Assembly (NCBI GenBank): GCA_035697515.1
Contig: DASSCS010000111.1
Span: 4,557-68,556 of the forward strand
Reading direction: 5' to 3'
DNA length: 64,000 nucleotides
Source of the DNA: Acidimicrobiales bacterium
GTDB taxonomy: Bacteria; Actinomycetota; Acidimicrobiia; Acidimicrobiales; VFJN01
Program-made: the position numbers and the translations under genes
Notes under the pieces: model-generated
Seen by the model: the letters and a program-made list of their open reading frames with translations, nothing else
Told to the model about the DNA's origin: nothing
Databases searched by the model: none
Part shown: one piece after another, positions 49,810 through 58,955 of the stretch
How the letters are laid out: every line of letters begins with the position of its first letter
How positions within the stretch are numbered: the stretch's first letter is position 1

Positions 49810-50604
49810 ATGGCGAGCGAAAAGGACCCGACCGAGGCCGCCGCGACCCCTCCGGGTCCTGCCGCGCCCCGTTACCGGGCGCCCGACCTGGCCGCCGAGG
49901 TGGGCATCAGTGTCCAGCTGCTGCGCTCGTACCAGTCCAAGGGCCTGGTGCCCCCGCCCCGGCACGAGGGCCGGGTGGCCTGGTACGGGCCGCACCACCG
50001 CGAGCGCCTGCTCCACATCCGCCACCTCAAGGATCGGGGCTTCTCGCTGCGGATGATCGCCGAGGCCCTGGACGAGAGCCCCGAGGCGCCGGTCGCCCTG
50101 GTCGAGGAGCGCGAGGTGCTGCGGCTGACCGAGGTGGCCGAACGCAGCGGCGTGCCCGTCGAGGTGCTGCGGGCGCTCGAGGCCTCGGGCCTGCTGCGGC
50201 CCCACCACCTCGAGGACGGCGACCGCTACAGCGACGCGGACGTGCGCTTCGTGCGGAACGTGCTGACGCTGCTGGGCGTGGGCCTGTCGCTCGACGACCT
50301 CATGCGCATCGCCCGCCAGCAGCTCGAGACGTCCGACGCGCTCGGCCGCGACGTGATGGACGCCTGGTCGCAGCTCGTGGGCACCCGGCTGCGCCGCACC
50401 CGGCCCGGCGCCGACGGCCGCGACCACGCCGCCCGGGTGGCGGCCTCCATCAGGGCGCTCGCCGCGATCGTGGGCCAGCTCGTCGCCTACCGGGTCGAGC
50501 GGGCGGTGCTCGACGCCGCCCACGCCGAGATCGAGGCCGAGGGCTCCGAGGCCGAGCGCGAGGCCCTCGCCCGCACCCTCGGCGCGCGCCCCTCGACCCC
50601 GTGA
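49810..50604 (+). CDS. MerR family transcriptional regulator with two tandem MerR-type HTH modules
   Basis: HTH 1 is YRAPDLAAEVGISVQLLRSYQSKGLV...HHRERLLHIRHLKDRGFSL. HTH 2 is LRLTEVAERSGVPVEVLRALEASGLL...YSDADVRFVRNVLTLLGVGLSL. It is divergent from fabD. Confidence 0.8.
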   Translation: MASEKDPTEAAATPPGPAAPRYRAPDLAAEVGISVQLLRSYQSKGLVPPPRHEGRVAWYGPHHRERLLHIRHLKDRGFSLRMIAEALDESPEAPVALVEEREVLRLTEVAERSGVPVEVLRALEASGLLRPHHLEDGDRYSDADVRFVRNVLTLLGVGLSLDDLMRIARQQLETSDALGRDVMDAWSQLVGTRLRRTRPGADGRDHAARVAASIRALAAIVGQLVAYRVERAVLDAAHAEIEAEGSEAEREALARTLGARPSTP

Positions 50605-50652
50605 CCCACGGCCGGTGGGGGAGCCGGCCGCGATGCGTGACAGCATCGCGGC

Positions 50653-51615
50653 GTGAGTGACCTCCGCGGCCCGTTCGAGCCCCGGCGGCTCGAGGCGCTG
50701 GTGGCGGCCACGTCTCCGACGGTGGCGCTCGACGACGGCGCGTCGGGGTGCACGATCTGGCTCAAGCTCGAGTACCTGCTTCCCAGCGGCTCGACCAAGG
50801 ACCGGCTGGCCGCCCACGTGCTCAGCCTGGCGGTGGCCGACGGGCGGGTGCACGCCGGCACGACGGTGGTCGAGGCGTCGAGCGGGTCGACGTCGATCGC
50901 CTTCGCCATGGCCTGCGCCGCGCTCGGCGTGCGCTTCCTGGCGGTGATGCCCGAGGGCGTGTCCAACGAGCGGCTGCTCATCATCCGTCGTTACGGGGGC
51001 GAGTTCGCCCTGGTCCCCGGCGAGGCGGGCGTGGCAGGCGCCATCGCCGAGACCGAGCGGCTGGGGGCCGCCGACCCCGACGTGTTCCTGCCCCGCCAGT
51101 TCACCAACCCCGACAACGCGGCCGCGCACGAGCTGCGCACGGGTCCCGAGCTGCTCGCCGCCGTCGAGGCCGGAGGAGCGTCGCTCGACGGGTTCGTCGC
51201 CGCCGTGGGCACCGCCGGCACGCTCATGGGCGTGGGGCGGGTGGTGCGGCGGGCCGACCCGTCGGCGGCGGTGGCCCGGGTGGTCGTGGCCGGCGAGACG
51301 GTCGACGCCGAGCAGGGCGGGCCCGCCTGCCTCGGCATTCCCGGGGTGGTCGACTGCCTGTCGGGCCTGCTCGACGAGGCCGAGCTGGGCGGCCACCCCG
51401 CCGTCGTCGTGCCCCGGTCCGAGGCGATGGACGCCACACGGGAGCTGGCGCGCCGCGGCTTCGCGGTCGGCCCGTCCAGCGGGCTGAACCTGGCCGGCGC
51501 GCGCCGGCTGGCCTGCGAGCTGGGCCCCGGGCACCACGTCGCCACCGTGTGCTGCGACCGCATGGAGCGCTACTTCTCGACCGACCTGTTCGACGACCTG
51601 CGCGCTCGCTCCTGA
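50653..51615 (+). CDS. PLP-dependent cysteine synthase family protein (CysK/CysM-like)
   Basis: PLP-lysine motif PSGSTKDRLA and ASSGSTSIAFA. 320 aa. Confidence 0.75.
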   Translation: MSDLRGPFEPRRLEALVAATSPTVALDDGASGCTIWLKLEYLLPSGSTKDRLAAHVLSLAVADGRVHAGTTVVEASSGSTSIAFAMACAALGVRFLAVMPEGVSNERLLIIRRYGGEFALVPGEAGVAGAIAETERLGAADPDVFLPRQFTNPDNAAAHELRTGPELLAAVEAGGASLDGFVAAVGTAGTLMGVGRVVRRADPSAAVARVVVAGETVDAEQGGPACLGIPGVVDCLSGLLDEAELGGHPAVVVPRSEAMDATRELARRGFAVGPSSGLNLAGARRLACELGPGHHVATVCCDRMERYFSTDLFDDLRARS

Positions 51616-51692
51616 CCGACGGGAACCTGTTCTTGCACAGTCGGTGCAGGCTTGGCACCCTGTGGCACCGGTCACTGAGGGGGAGAGCCACC

Positions 51693-52958
51693 ATGGACGA
51701 GGTGACGGCACGGGCCGAGGCGTCCGGCGAGGTCGAGATCGGCGGCACGGTCGAGCCCGACTTCGAGGGCGTGCTCGAGGCGTTCGCCGCCAACTTCACC
51801 GAGCACGGCGAGGTGGGGGCCGGCTTCTCCCTGGTGGTCGACGGCCGGACGGTGGTCGACCTGTGGGGCGGCGTGGCCGACAACACCACCGGTGCGCCCT
51901 ACGGTGCGGACACGCTGCAGCTGGTCTTCTCGACCACCAAGGGCGCCACCGCCATCTGCGCCAACCTGCTGGCCCAGCGGGGCGACCTCGACATCGACGC
52001 CCCCGTGGCCAGCTACTGGCCCGAGTTCGCCGGCGCCGGCAAGGGCCACATCCCCGTGCGCTGGCTGCTGTGCCACAAGTCCGGCCTCCCGTACATCGAC
52101 GCGCCCCTCGGCCTCGACGAGGTGCTGGCCTGGGACCCGGCCGTCGAGGGCCTGGCCGCCATGGGGCCGCTCTGGGAGCCGGGCACCGCGCACGGCTACC
52201 ACGCCGTCACCTACGGCTGGCTCGTGGGCGAGGTCGTGCGCCGCATCACCGGCAAGTCGCTGGGCAAATTCTTCGCCGACGAGGTCGCGGGCCCCCTGGG
52301 CCTCGAGTTCTGGATCGGCCTGCCCGCCGACCAGCAGGCCCGGGTGGCGCCGCTGACCAACCACGGGCCCCGGTTCGGTCCCGGGGCGGCCGCCGGTGGC
52401 AGCGGCCGCAAGGACAGCGGCCTCGGCTCGCTGGCCGAGACGATCGAGCAGTTGCTGGGGCCCGGCTCGATGCTGGTCTCGGCACTGGGTGGCTCGACGG
52501 CGCTGCCGTTCACCGCCGACGGCACCTTCAACCTGCCCGAGGTGCGGGCGGCCGAGCTCCCGGCCGCCAACGGCGTCACCAACGCCCGGTCCCTGGCCCG
52601 CATGTACGCGGCCACGATCGGCGCGGTCGAGGGCTCGGACACGGGCCCGCTGCTCACCGACGACCAGGTCGCGGCCGCGTCCACCACGCAGACCACCGGC
52701 CCGGACCAGGTGCTGATGTTCGAGACCACGTTCGGCCTCGGGTTCATGACCTCGTCGCCGTTCTCGCCCTACGGCGGGCCCCGCTCGTTCGGGCACGCGG
52801 GCGCCGGCGGGTCGGTGGGGTTCGCCGACCCGGAGCACGGCCTGGGCTTCGGCTACGTCATGAACCGCACCATGACCAACCTGTCGGGCGACCCTCGCAG
52901 CCGCGGCCTGGTGGCGGCCGTGTACGACGCCATAGGGGCCGACCCCGCGTTCGTGTAG
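51693..52958 (+). CDS. Serine hydrolase, class C beta-lactamase/esterase family
   Basis: SxxK motif FSTTKGAT, and HAGAGGS near the C-terminus. ATG 51693 after GAGGGGGAG. Confidence 0.8.
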   Translation: MDEVTARAEASGEVEIGGTVEPDFEGVLEAFAANFTEHGEVGAGFSLVVDGRTVVDLWGGVADNTTGAPYGADTLQLVFSTTKGATAICANLLAQRGDLDIDAPVASYWPEFAGAGKGHIPVRWLLCHKSGLPYIDAPLGLDEVLAWDPAVEGLAAMGPLWEPGTAHGYHAVTYGWLVGEVVRRITGKSLGKFFADEVAGPLGLEFWIGLPADQQARVAPLTNHGPRFGPGAAAGGSGRKDSGLGSLAETIEQLLGPGSMLVSALGGSTALPFTADGTFNLPEVRAAELPAANGVTNARSLARMYAATIGAVEGSDTGPLLTDDQVAAASTTQTTGPDQVLMFETTFGLGFMTSSPFSPYGGPRSFGHAGAGGSVGFADPEHGLGFGYVMNRTMTNLSGDPRSRGLVAAVYDAIGADPAFV

Positions 52959-53149
52959 CGCTGTCCAGCGTCGGTCGGGTGGCAGATGGACGCCGCCACC
53001 GGCCGCACCGCGGGCCGGTGCTGCCCGTCCTCCGGTGACCCGGAGCGGCCGCCGGCATCCCTCGGGGGGATGCCCCCACGCCCCCCCACCTGTCGGGGGG
53101 TGACCCCGATGGCCTGGTCACGGGGCCGTCGTACCGTTGGCAGTGTCAT

Positions 53150-53414
53150 ACCGGGAAGGCGATGCGACGGACCGACAGGGTCGTCGACGACAGTCGCACA
53201 GTGCGTTCGGCGGGAACCGGCGGCGCTGTGAGGGTGGCGGGCCCGCGGCCCGTGGCGGCATCGGTCACGGCGGCGCATCGCCCTCCCGGGTGACCTTCCC
53301 TGTGAGACTCCGGTGCATCGGTTCAACGGCGCACCGCTGCACCGGAGGTCGAAGGGAAGCACCAGGACAGGGAAGTAGCAGGCAGCGCCCGGACAGCGTC
53401 GTCCGGGCCTTGCC
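53150..53414 (+). promoter_or_regulatory. Highly structured candidate leader or RNA element upstream of prfC (family unknown)
   Basis: There are three helical domains read directly from the sequence. First, a long-range helix 53151-53166/53274-53289 (9 + 6 bp with one mismatch) encloses about 107 nt. Second, a two-part stem pairs 53295-53300/53354-53359 and 53306-53317/53338-53350 (12 bp with one bulge). Third, a hairpin GCCCGGAC/GTCCGGGC at 53387-53408 is extended by GGCA/TGCC. No convincing ORF on either strand. Confidence 0.35.
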
Positions 53415-53465
53415 CGCGGCGATAGCGCTGTTCAGGTCAACGACGCCGTAACCTGGTCAATCGCC

Positions 53466-55049
53466 ATGTCTTCCGTCGCCGACCTCGCCGCGCTCCGACG
53501 CACGTTCGCCATCATCAGCCATCCCGACGCGGGCAAGACCACCCTCACCGAGAAGTTCCTGCTCTACGGCGGGGCGGTGCAGGAGGCCGGCCAGGTCAAG
53601 GCCCGGGGTGAGCGGCGCCGCGCCCGGTCCGACTGGATGGAGCTCGAGCAGAAGCGCGGCATCTCCATCACCTCCGCGGTCCTGCAGTTCCCGTACCGCG
53701 ACGACGTGCTGAACCTGCTGGACACGCCCGGCCACCGCGACTTCTCCGAGGACACCTACCGGGTGCTCGCCGCCGTCGACGCCGCGGTCATGGTGCTCGA
53801 CGCGGCCAAGGGCATCGAGGCCCAGACGCTCAAGCTGTTCGAGGTGTGCCGGGCACGCAACGTGCCCCTGCTCACGTTCGTCAACAAGTGGGACCGGCCC
53901 GGTCGCGACGGCCTCGAGCTGCTCGACGAGATCGAGAAGCGGCTCGACCTCCACCCCGTGCCCGTCACCTGGCCGGTCGGCTACGCGGGCGACTTCCGGG
54001 GCCTGATCGACCGGCCCACGGGCCGGTTCGTGCGCTTCGGGCGCACCGCCCACGGCTCTGCCGAGGCCACGGAGGAGGTCGTCGACGCCGAGCGGGCCGC
54101 GGCCCAGGAGGGTGACGCCTGGCTGACCGCCCGCGACGAGGTGGCCCTGCTCGACGAGCTGGCCGGCTCCGTCGACCCCGAGCTGTTCCTCGCCGGTGAG
54201 CAGTCGCCGGTGTTCGTGGGCTCGGCCATCACCAACTTCGGGGTGGGCCTGCTGCTCGACGGCATCGTCGACCTGGCCCCCGCGCCCTCGGCCCGGTTCG
54301 ATGTCGACGGGGCCGCGCGCAAGCTCGACGACCCGTTCTCGGGCCAGGTGTTCAAGGTGCAGGCCAACATGGACAAGGCGCACCGCGACCGGGTGGCCTT
54401 CGTGCGGGTGTGCTCGGGTCGGTTCGAGCGGGGGATGGTGGTGACGCACCAGCCCACCGGCAGGCCGTTCGCGACCAAGTACGCCCACTCGGTCTTCGGG
54501 CAGGAGCGCGAGACGCTCGACGAGGCCTTCCCCGGCGACATCGTCGCCCTCGTCAACGCCACCGACGTGCGGGTGGGCGACACCCTCTACGTCGACGCAC
54601 CCGTCGAGTTCCCCCGCCTGCCCGAGTTCGCCCCCGAGCACTTCGTCACCGTCCGGGCTCGCGACACGGGCCGGTTCAAGCAGTTCCGCAAGGGCGTGGC
54701 GCAGCTCGACGAGGAGGGTGTGGTGCAGGTGCTGCGCGACGCCGAGCTGGGCGATCAGGCGCCCGTCCTCGCCGCGGTCGGGCCCATGCAGCTCGAGGTG
54801 GCGAGCTGGCGTCTCGAGCACGAGTTCGGCGCCGCCACCGACATGTCGCCCACGCCCTACACCATCGCCCGCCGCACCGACGACGCGTCGGCGCCCGCGC
54901 TGCGGGGCATGCCGGGCGTGCGGGTGCTGGCCCGGGCGGGCGGCACGCTGTACGCGCTGTTCGAGAGCCCGTACTGGCTGGCCCGGGTCGAGGGCGACCA
55001 CCCCGAGCTCACCCTCGACCGCCTCGTCGCCGAAGGCACCGCCGGCTGA
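53466..55049 (+). CDS. prfC: Peptide chain release factor 3
   Basis: GTPase motifs HPDAGKTTLTEK, DTPGHRDF and NKWD. 527 aa, a typical RF3 length. Confidence 0.95.
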   Translation: MSSVADLAALRRTFAIISHPDAGKTTLTEKFLLYGGAVQEAGQVKARGERRRARSDWMELEQKRGISITSAVLQFPYRDDVLNLLDTPGHRDFSEDTYRVLAAVDAAVMVLDAAKGIEAQTLKLFEVCRARNVPLLTFVNKWDRPGRDGLELLDEIEKRLDLHPVPVTWPVGYAGDFRGLIDRPTGRFVRFGRTAHGSAEATEEVVDAERAAAQEGDAWLTARDEVALLDELAGSVDPELFLAGEQSPVFVGSAITNFGVGLLLDGIVDLAPAPSARFDVDGAARKLDDPFSGQVFKVQANMDKAHRDRVAFVRVCSGRFERGMVVTHQPTGRPFATKYAHSVFGQERETLDEAFPGDIVALVNATDVRVGDTLYVDAPVEFPRLPEFAPEHFVTVRARDTGRFKQFRKGVAQLDEEGVVQVLRDAELGDQAPVLAAVGPMQLEVASWRLEHEFGAATDMSPTPYTIARRTDDASAPALRGMPGVRVLARAGGTLYALFESPYWLARVEGDHPELTLDRLVAEGTAG

Positions 55050-55082
55050 CGCCCGGTCTCCCGCTCCGCCCCGGGCCCGCCG

Positions 55083-56579
55083 CTACGAGCAGGTGGTGCC
55101 GTCGTCGGGGATGTCGAGGTCGATCAGGTAGTCCGTGGCGATGTCGTCGACGCACGGCACGCCGTTGCCCACCACCGTGTGGCCGTCGCCCTCGTAGGTG
55201 AGCAGCACGCCCGACTCGAGCCGCTCGGCGGCGCGCACGCCGGCCTCGTACGGCGTGGCGGGGTCGTTGGTGGTCGAGACGACCAGGATGGGTGGCGCGT
55301 CGGGGGCGGTGACGGGCGTGAGCGGCACCTCCGCGACCGGCCACATGGCGCAGCGCACGTAGTCGTTGACGATGGGTTCGGCGAAGTGGGGCGACTCGTC
55401 TGCGGCCCTCGCCCCCTCGGCCAGCAGCTCGTCGGGCGTCTCGGGCCACTCGAAGTCGAGGCAGTTCACCGCGAAGTACACGTCGAAGTCGGCCACGCCG
55501 ATGTACTGGTCGGTCAGGCTCACCATCGCCGTGCCGTCGCCGTCGAGCGCGTCGGCCACCGCGTCGGACAGGTCGGGCCACAGGTCCTCGCTGTAGAGGG
55601 GTAGGGCCAGCCCGGTGGACAGTTCGCCGGGCCCCAGGTCGCGGGGCTGGGCGGGGATCGGCTCCTCCTCGACGGCCGCCTGCAGCTCCTCGATGGCGGC
55701 GACGGCGTCGGGACCGACGGGGCAGGACGAATCGGCGTCGCAGTCGTCGGCGTAGGCCTGCAGGGCGACCTCGAACCCGGCGGCCTGCGACACCGCGCCC
55801 GCGATGCCGTCGGGCCCGAGGTCGACGATGCCGTCGATGATCATGGCCCGCACCCGGTCGGGGAACAGCTCGGCCAGCACCTGGCCGATGGCCGAGCCGT
55901 AGCTGAAGCCAAGGTAGTTGAGCTGCTCGTCGCCCATGGCGGCCCGCACGGCGTCGATGTCGCGGGCGACGTTCTCGGTGCCCAGGTGGGGGAGCAGGTC
56001 GCCGGCGGCGGCCTCGCAGCCGTCGATGTACTCCTGGCTGACCGCGAGCAGCTCGGCGGTGTCCTCGGGCGAGTCGATCGAGTAGTCGACGCCGTACAGC
56101 TCGGTCATGTCGCCGCCGCAGTCGATGCGGCTGGCGCCGAGGCCCCGCGGGTCGACGCCGACGATGTCGAACCGCTCGAGGATCTCGTCGGGCAACAGGA
56201 ACCCCATGGTGACGGCGAAGTCGGCTGCGGTGCCGCCTGGCCCGCCCGGGTTGACGAACAGGGCGCCGATGCGGTCGCCGCGGGCCGGCACGCGCGAGAT
56301 GCTGAGCGTCAGCGTGTCGCCCGCCGGGTCGGCGTAGTCGACGGGGACCTCCAGCTCGGCGCAGTCCGCGCTGCCGCACGCGACCCAGTCGATGCTGCCG
56401 ACGGCGTCCCCGTCGTCCGGCGTGTCGGTGTCGCCTCCCCTGGTCTCGGACGGGTCGTCGGACTCGTCCGCGCCCGCGGAGAAGGCCGACTCGTCGGCCT
56501 CGCTGGCGCAGGCGGTGAGGAGCAGGAGGGCGGTGAGGGTGACGAGCCCGGCGGCCCGGAGCGTGGAGCGGCGGATCAC
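55083..56579 (-). CDS. Exported alpha/beta hydrolase lipoprotein (tripeptidyl-aminopeptidase/TAP-like)
   Basis: Lipobox LLLLTACAS and nucleophile elbow GFSYGS. The conserved C-terminal Cys pair region is typical of Streptomyces-type tripeptidyl aminopeptidases. Confidence 0.75.
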   Translation of the reverse strand: MIRRSTLRAAGLVTLTALLLLTACASEADESAFSAGADESDDPSETRGGDTDTPDDGDAVGSIDWVACGSADCAELEVPVDYADPAGDTLTLSISRVPARGDRIGALFVNPGGPGGTAADFAVTMGFLLPDEILERFDIVGVDPRGLGASRIDCGGDMTELYGVDYSIDSPEDTAELLAVSQEYIDGCEAAAGDLLPHLGTENVARDIDAVRAAMGDEQLNYLGFSYGSAIGQVLAELFPDRVRAMIIDGIVDLGPDGIAGAVSQAAGFEVALQAYADDCDADSSCPVGPDAVAAIEELQAAVEEEPIPAQPRDLGPGELSTGLALPLYSEDLWPDLSDAVADALDGDGTAMVSLTDQYIGVADFDVYFAVNCLDFEWPETPDELLAEGARAADESPHFAEPIVNDYVRCAMWPVAEVPLTPVTAPDAPPILVVSTTNDPATPYEAGVRAAERLESGVLLTYEGDGHTVVGNGVPCVDDIATDYLIDLDIPDDGTTCS

Positions 56580-56588
56580 GCGTCGACG

Positions 56589-57386
56589 CTAACCGGACGA
56601 GTCGTCGGCAGAGGCGCGGTCGAACAACCATTCCCGCAGGGGGACGCCAGAGTCGACGACCGCGGCGGCGTTCTCGCGCCCGACGTAGCGCAGGTGCCAC
56701 GGCTCGAACTCGTAGCAGGTGACGGCGGTGGCACCGTCGGGATAGCTGATGACGAACCCGTACTCGTGGGCGTGCTCGGCGAGCCACCGGCCCGCGGGCG
56801 TGGCGGCGAAGTCGGCCGTCAACTCACCGACCCCCGGCTCGAGCACGTCGATGGCGGTGCCGAGCTGGTGCTCGCTGTGCCCTGGCCGGGCGGTGCTCAA
56901 GGAAGCTGCCTCCTCGCCGTCGGCCGCGACCCGGCTGTCGAACAGGTTCTGCTGGTACGAGTAGCTGCGGTAGCCGGAGATGATGACGATGGGGGTGCCG
57001 TTGGCCTCGGTGGCGGCGCGCAGCGCGGCCAGGTCCTCGACGATGGCGGCCCGCACCTGGTCACGGGACTCGAACCCGGCCTCCGTAGCGTCGACCAGGT
57101 CGCCGGGCACGTAATCGGCGGGCAGGCGGTGAGTGGGGTCGATGATGGTGGTGGCCCAGTCATCGCCGGGATCGACCTCGACGATCTCGCCCTCGCCGCA
57201 CTCGGGCGGGGGAGGGGCGGTGGTGGTGGTGACCGGACCGGGATCGGACGTGGTGACGAGGGCGTTGGCCCGCGTCGGGTGCAGGTCGGCCGACGTCGTC
57301 TGGGTCGCATCCCAGGTGACCCAGAGGCCCGCGGCGGAGGCGACGAGGACAGTGGTGAGTGCGAGGCCGACGAGCCATCCTTTCAT
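56589..57386 (-). CDS. M15B (VanY-type) D-alanyl-D-alanine carboxypeptidase, membrane-anchored
   Basis: N-terminal TM plus motifs SGYRSYSYQ, SEHQLGTAIDV and EPWHLRY. Confidence 0.85.
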   Translation of the reverse strand: MKGWLVGLALTTVLVASAAGLWVTWDATQTTSADLHPTRANALVTTSDPGPVTTTTAPPPPECGEGEIVEVDPGDDWATTIIDPTHRLPADYVPGDLVDATEAGFESRDQVRAAIVEDLAALRAATEANGTPIVIISGYRSYSYQQNLFDSRVAADGEEAASLSTARPGHSEHQLGTAIDVLEPGVGELTADFAATPAGRWLAEHAHEYGFVISYPDGATAVTCYEFEPWHLRYVGRENAAAVVDSGVPLREWLFDRASADDSSG

Positions 57387-57520
57387 CCCGACGGAAACCT
57401 AGGGCGTGCGCCATCGGCGTGCTCGTGCACCACCCGGCCAGTTCGTGTCGCCACGCAGTGCGCTGCCACCAACGCGTTCGCGCCCGCCGCGACGTGCCCG
57501 GTACGCTGACCGATCACCGC

Positions 57521-57597
57521 GGGGACGTAGCTCAGTTGGCTAGAGCACCTGCTTTGCAAGCAGGGGGTCGTGGGTTCGAGTCCCATCGTCTCCACCA
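57521..57597 (+). tRNA. tRNA-Ala (anticodon TGC), CCA encoded
   Basis: Acceptor GGGGACG/CGTCTCC with the G3:U70 identity pair, anticodon loop TTTGCAA and T-arm GTGGGTTCGAGTCCCAT, followed by ACCA. Confidence 0.95.
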
Positions 57598-57619
57598 CCG
57601 TGACCAGGGCGTCAACGGT
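57551..57619 (+). repeat. Left copy of the island-bounding direct repeat (3' half of tRNA-Ala plus about 22 bp downstream)
   Basis: 57551-57597 is identical (47/47) to 63520-63566. Similarity continues imperfectly: GTGACCAGGGCgTCAaCGG vs GTGACCAGGGCaTCAgCGG. Confidence 0.85.
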
Positions 57620-57654
57620 CGCCCGGGTCGGTGTCGGCGTCGCCCGACGGACCA

Positions 57655-58720
57655 GGGGAGCCATTCGGGGAGCCAATCCCGCTGTGCAACTGACGCTGAG
57701 CCGTTACGCCTGGGTCTTGGTCTTCTGGCGTAGGCGTTCGTAGGGAGTCTGGCCGCCGAGGCTGCCGTGGGGTCGGTGGAAGTTGTAGTAGTCCTCCCAT
57801 TCCTGGAGCTTGTTGTTGAAGACCTGTGCGTCGTCGATGACGGCGCCGTCGAGGAGTCGGTAGAACTCCTCGGCGTCGATGCGGTGGGATCTCTCGACCT
57901 TGCCGTTGAGTCGGGGGGTGCGGGGCTTGATGTAGCGGTGGCCGACACCCTTGTCGAGCAGGTGGTAGTGGAACGACGAGCCGAACTCGGTCCCGTTGTC
58001 GGTCTGGATCTCCTGGACCTGGAACGGGAGCTTCTCGAGCACGTAGTCGGCGAACTGGATCGCCGCCTTCTGATTCAGCCGCGGGTAGATCCGCAGGACC
58101 CGCAGCCGGGTGCAGTCGTCGACGGCGGTGAACCGGTAGTGCTTGCGCCGGCGGTCGCCGCCGATGGGGGCGATGAACTTCACGTCGATCTGGACCTGGT
58201 GGCCCGGGAGCTGCTTTTCGTAGCGCTTCCAGCGGCGGTCGAGGCGTTTGTAGCGCTGGGAGGCCGGGAGCCGGTTGAGGTCGAGGCGCTTGAGGATCCG
58301 CCACACGCCCGAGGGGCTGATGGTCAGGTCGTGGTAGCGGGCCAGGTACATGGAGATCTTGGCCGGCCCGAAGTGGTAGTTCTGCAGCAGGTAGAGGATC
58401 TTGCCGACCACGTCGACATGGGTGGCGTTGGGACTGGTCTTGGGACGGTGGGAGCGATCCTTGAGCCCCTCGGGCCCCAGCTCGTCGTAGCGGCGCTTCC
58501 ACACGTAGAAGTTCTGGCGGCTGATGCCGTAGTAGCGGCAGGTCATGGCCACGTTGCCCGTGACCTCCTCCGCGTGCCGCAAGATCGCCAAGCGGCGCCG
58601 CACCTGGCGATCCTCGATCGTGGTACTCATCCGGTCTCCGTAAGCGTCGGAGACCCAGGTGTCAACGATCTCTGTCAGTTCTAGAGTGTTCCGCATCGCG
58701 GCTCTGCCGAATTTGGCTCT
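57655..58720 (-). mobile_element. IS481-family insertion sequence (boundaries approximate)
   Basis: One DDE transposase gene is flanked by imperfect inverted repeats. The left end is GGGGAGCCATTCGGGGAGCC...AACTGAC (57655-57690). The reverse complement of the right end (58671-58719) is GAGCCAAATTCGGCAGAGCC...AACTGAC. No clear target-site duplication was seen. Confidence 0.6.
57704..58630 (-). CDS. IS481 family DDE transposase
   Basis: An N-terminal HTH region (CRYYGISRQNFYVWKRRY) is followed by an rve-type integrase core containing QIDVKF, TDNGTEF and NGKVERSH. ATG 58630 (MSTTIEDRQ) is preferred over the longer track ORF. Confidence 0.85.
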   Translation of the reverse strand: MSTTIEDRQVRRRLAILRHAEEVTGNVAMTCRYYGISRQNFYVWKRRYDELGPEGLKDRSHRPKTSPNATHVDVVGKILYLLQNYHFGPAKISMYLARYHDLTISPSGVWRILKRLDLNRLPASQRYKRLDRRWKRYEKQLPGHQVQIDVKFIAPIGGDRRRKHYRFTAVDDCTRLRVLRIYPRLNQKAAIQFADYVLEKLPFQVQEIQTDNGTEFGSSFHYHLLDKGVGHRYIKPRTPRLNGKVERSHRIDAEEFYRLLDGAVIDDAQVFNNKLQEWEDYYNFHRPHGSLGGQTPYERLRQKTKTQA

Positions 58721-58898
58721 TGAGGCGCCGGCCTGCGGGCGGCGCCACGGGCGCCGTCCTCGGCCGGAGACCCCAACGCACTCGGGCATGACGTGTTGAG
58801 GTCGTCGAGCCGGTCCTACCGGTCGGCGGCAGCGGAGGGTCGGGAGGGGCAGCCACGCTGGCTGCCCCGCCCGTCATGTCCAATCGTCGCTGGCTGTC

Positions 58899-58927
58899 GG
58901 CGACGGTGACGGAATGCCACCGTCGCC
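58899..58927 (-). terminator. Hairpin downstream of the M28 peptidase gene
   Basis: Perfect 10-bp stem GGCGACGGTG/CACCGTCGCC with a 9-nt loop, 29 nt after the stop. A second 9-bp hairpin (GGGGCAGCC/GGCTGCCCC) lies at 58846-58868. No U-tract, so function is uncertain. Confidence 0.4.
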
Positions 58928-58955
58928 CGATGCGAATCGCCGATCCGCTACACCG

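Noticed and set aside
53040-53414. Possible cobalamin riboswitch (GGGAACCGG, GGGAAGGCG and GTGAGGG-like strings) or 6C-type RNA (C-runs at 53073-53087) upstream of prfC.
   Set aside because: The B12-like strings occur in the wrong order, and no B12 box (GCCACTG...AGNCNGGANACCTGCC-like) was found. The C-runs pair with adjacent G-runs as stems rather than forming the C-rich loops characteristic of 6C RNA. The element is kept only as a structured RNA of unknown family.
57383-57676. ORFs antisense to tRNA-Ala and to its orphan copy (57383-57676 and 63109-63582 share the peptide ETMGLEPTTPCLQS; 63227-63730 also overlaps the orphan copy, in another frame).
   Set aside because: The shared peptide is simply the reverse-complement translation of the tRNA T-arm and anticodon-arm sequence, so it is not a conserved protein.
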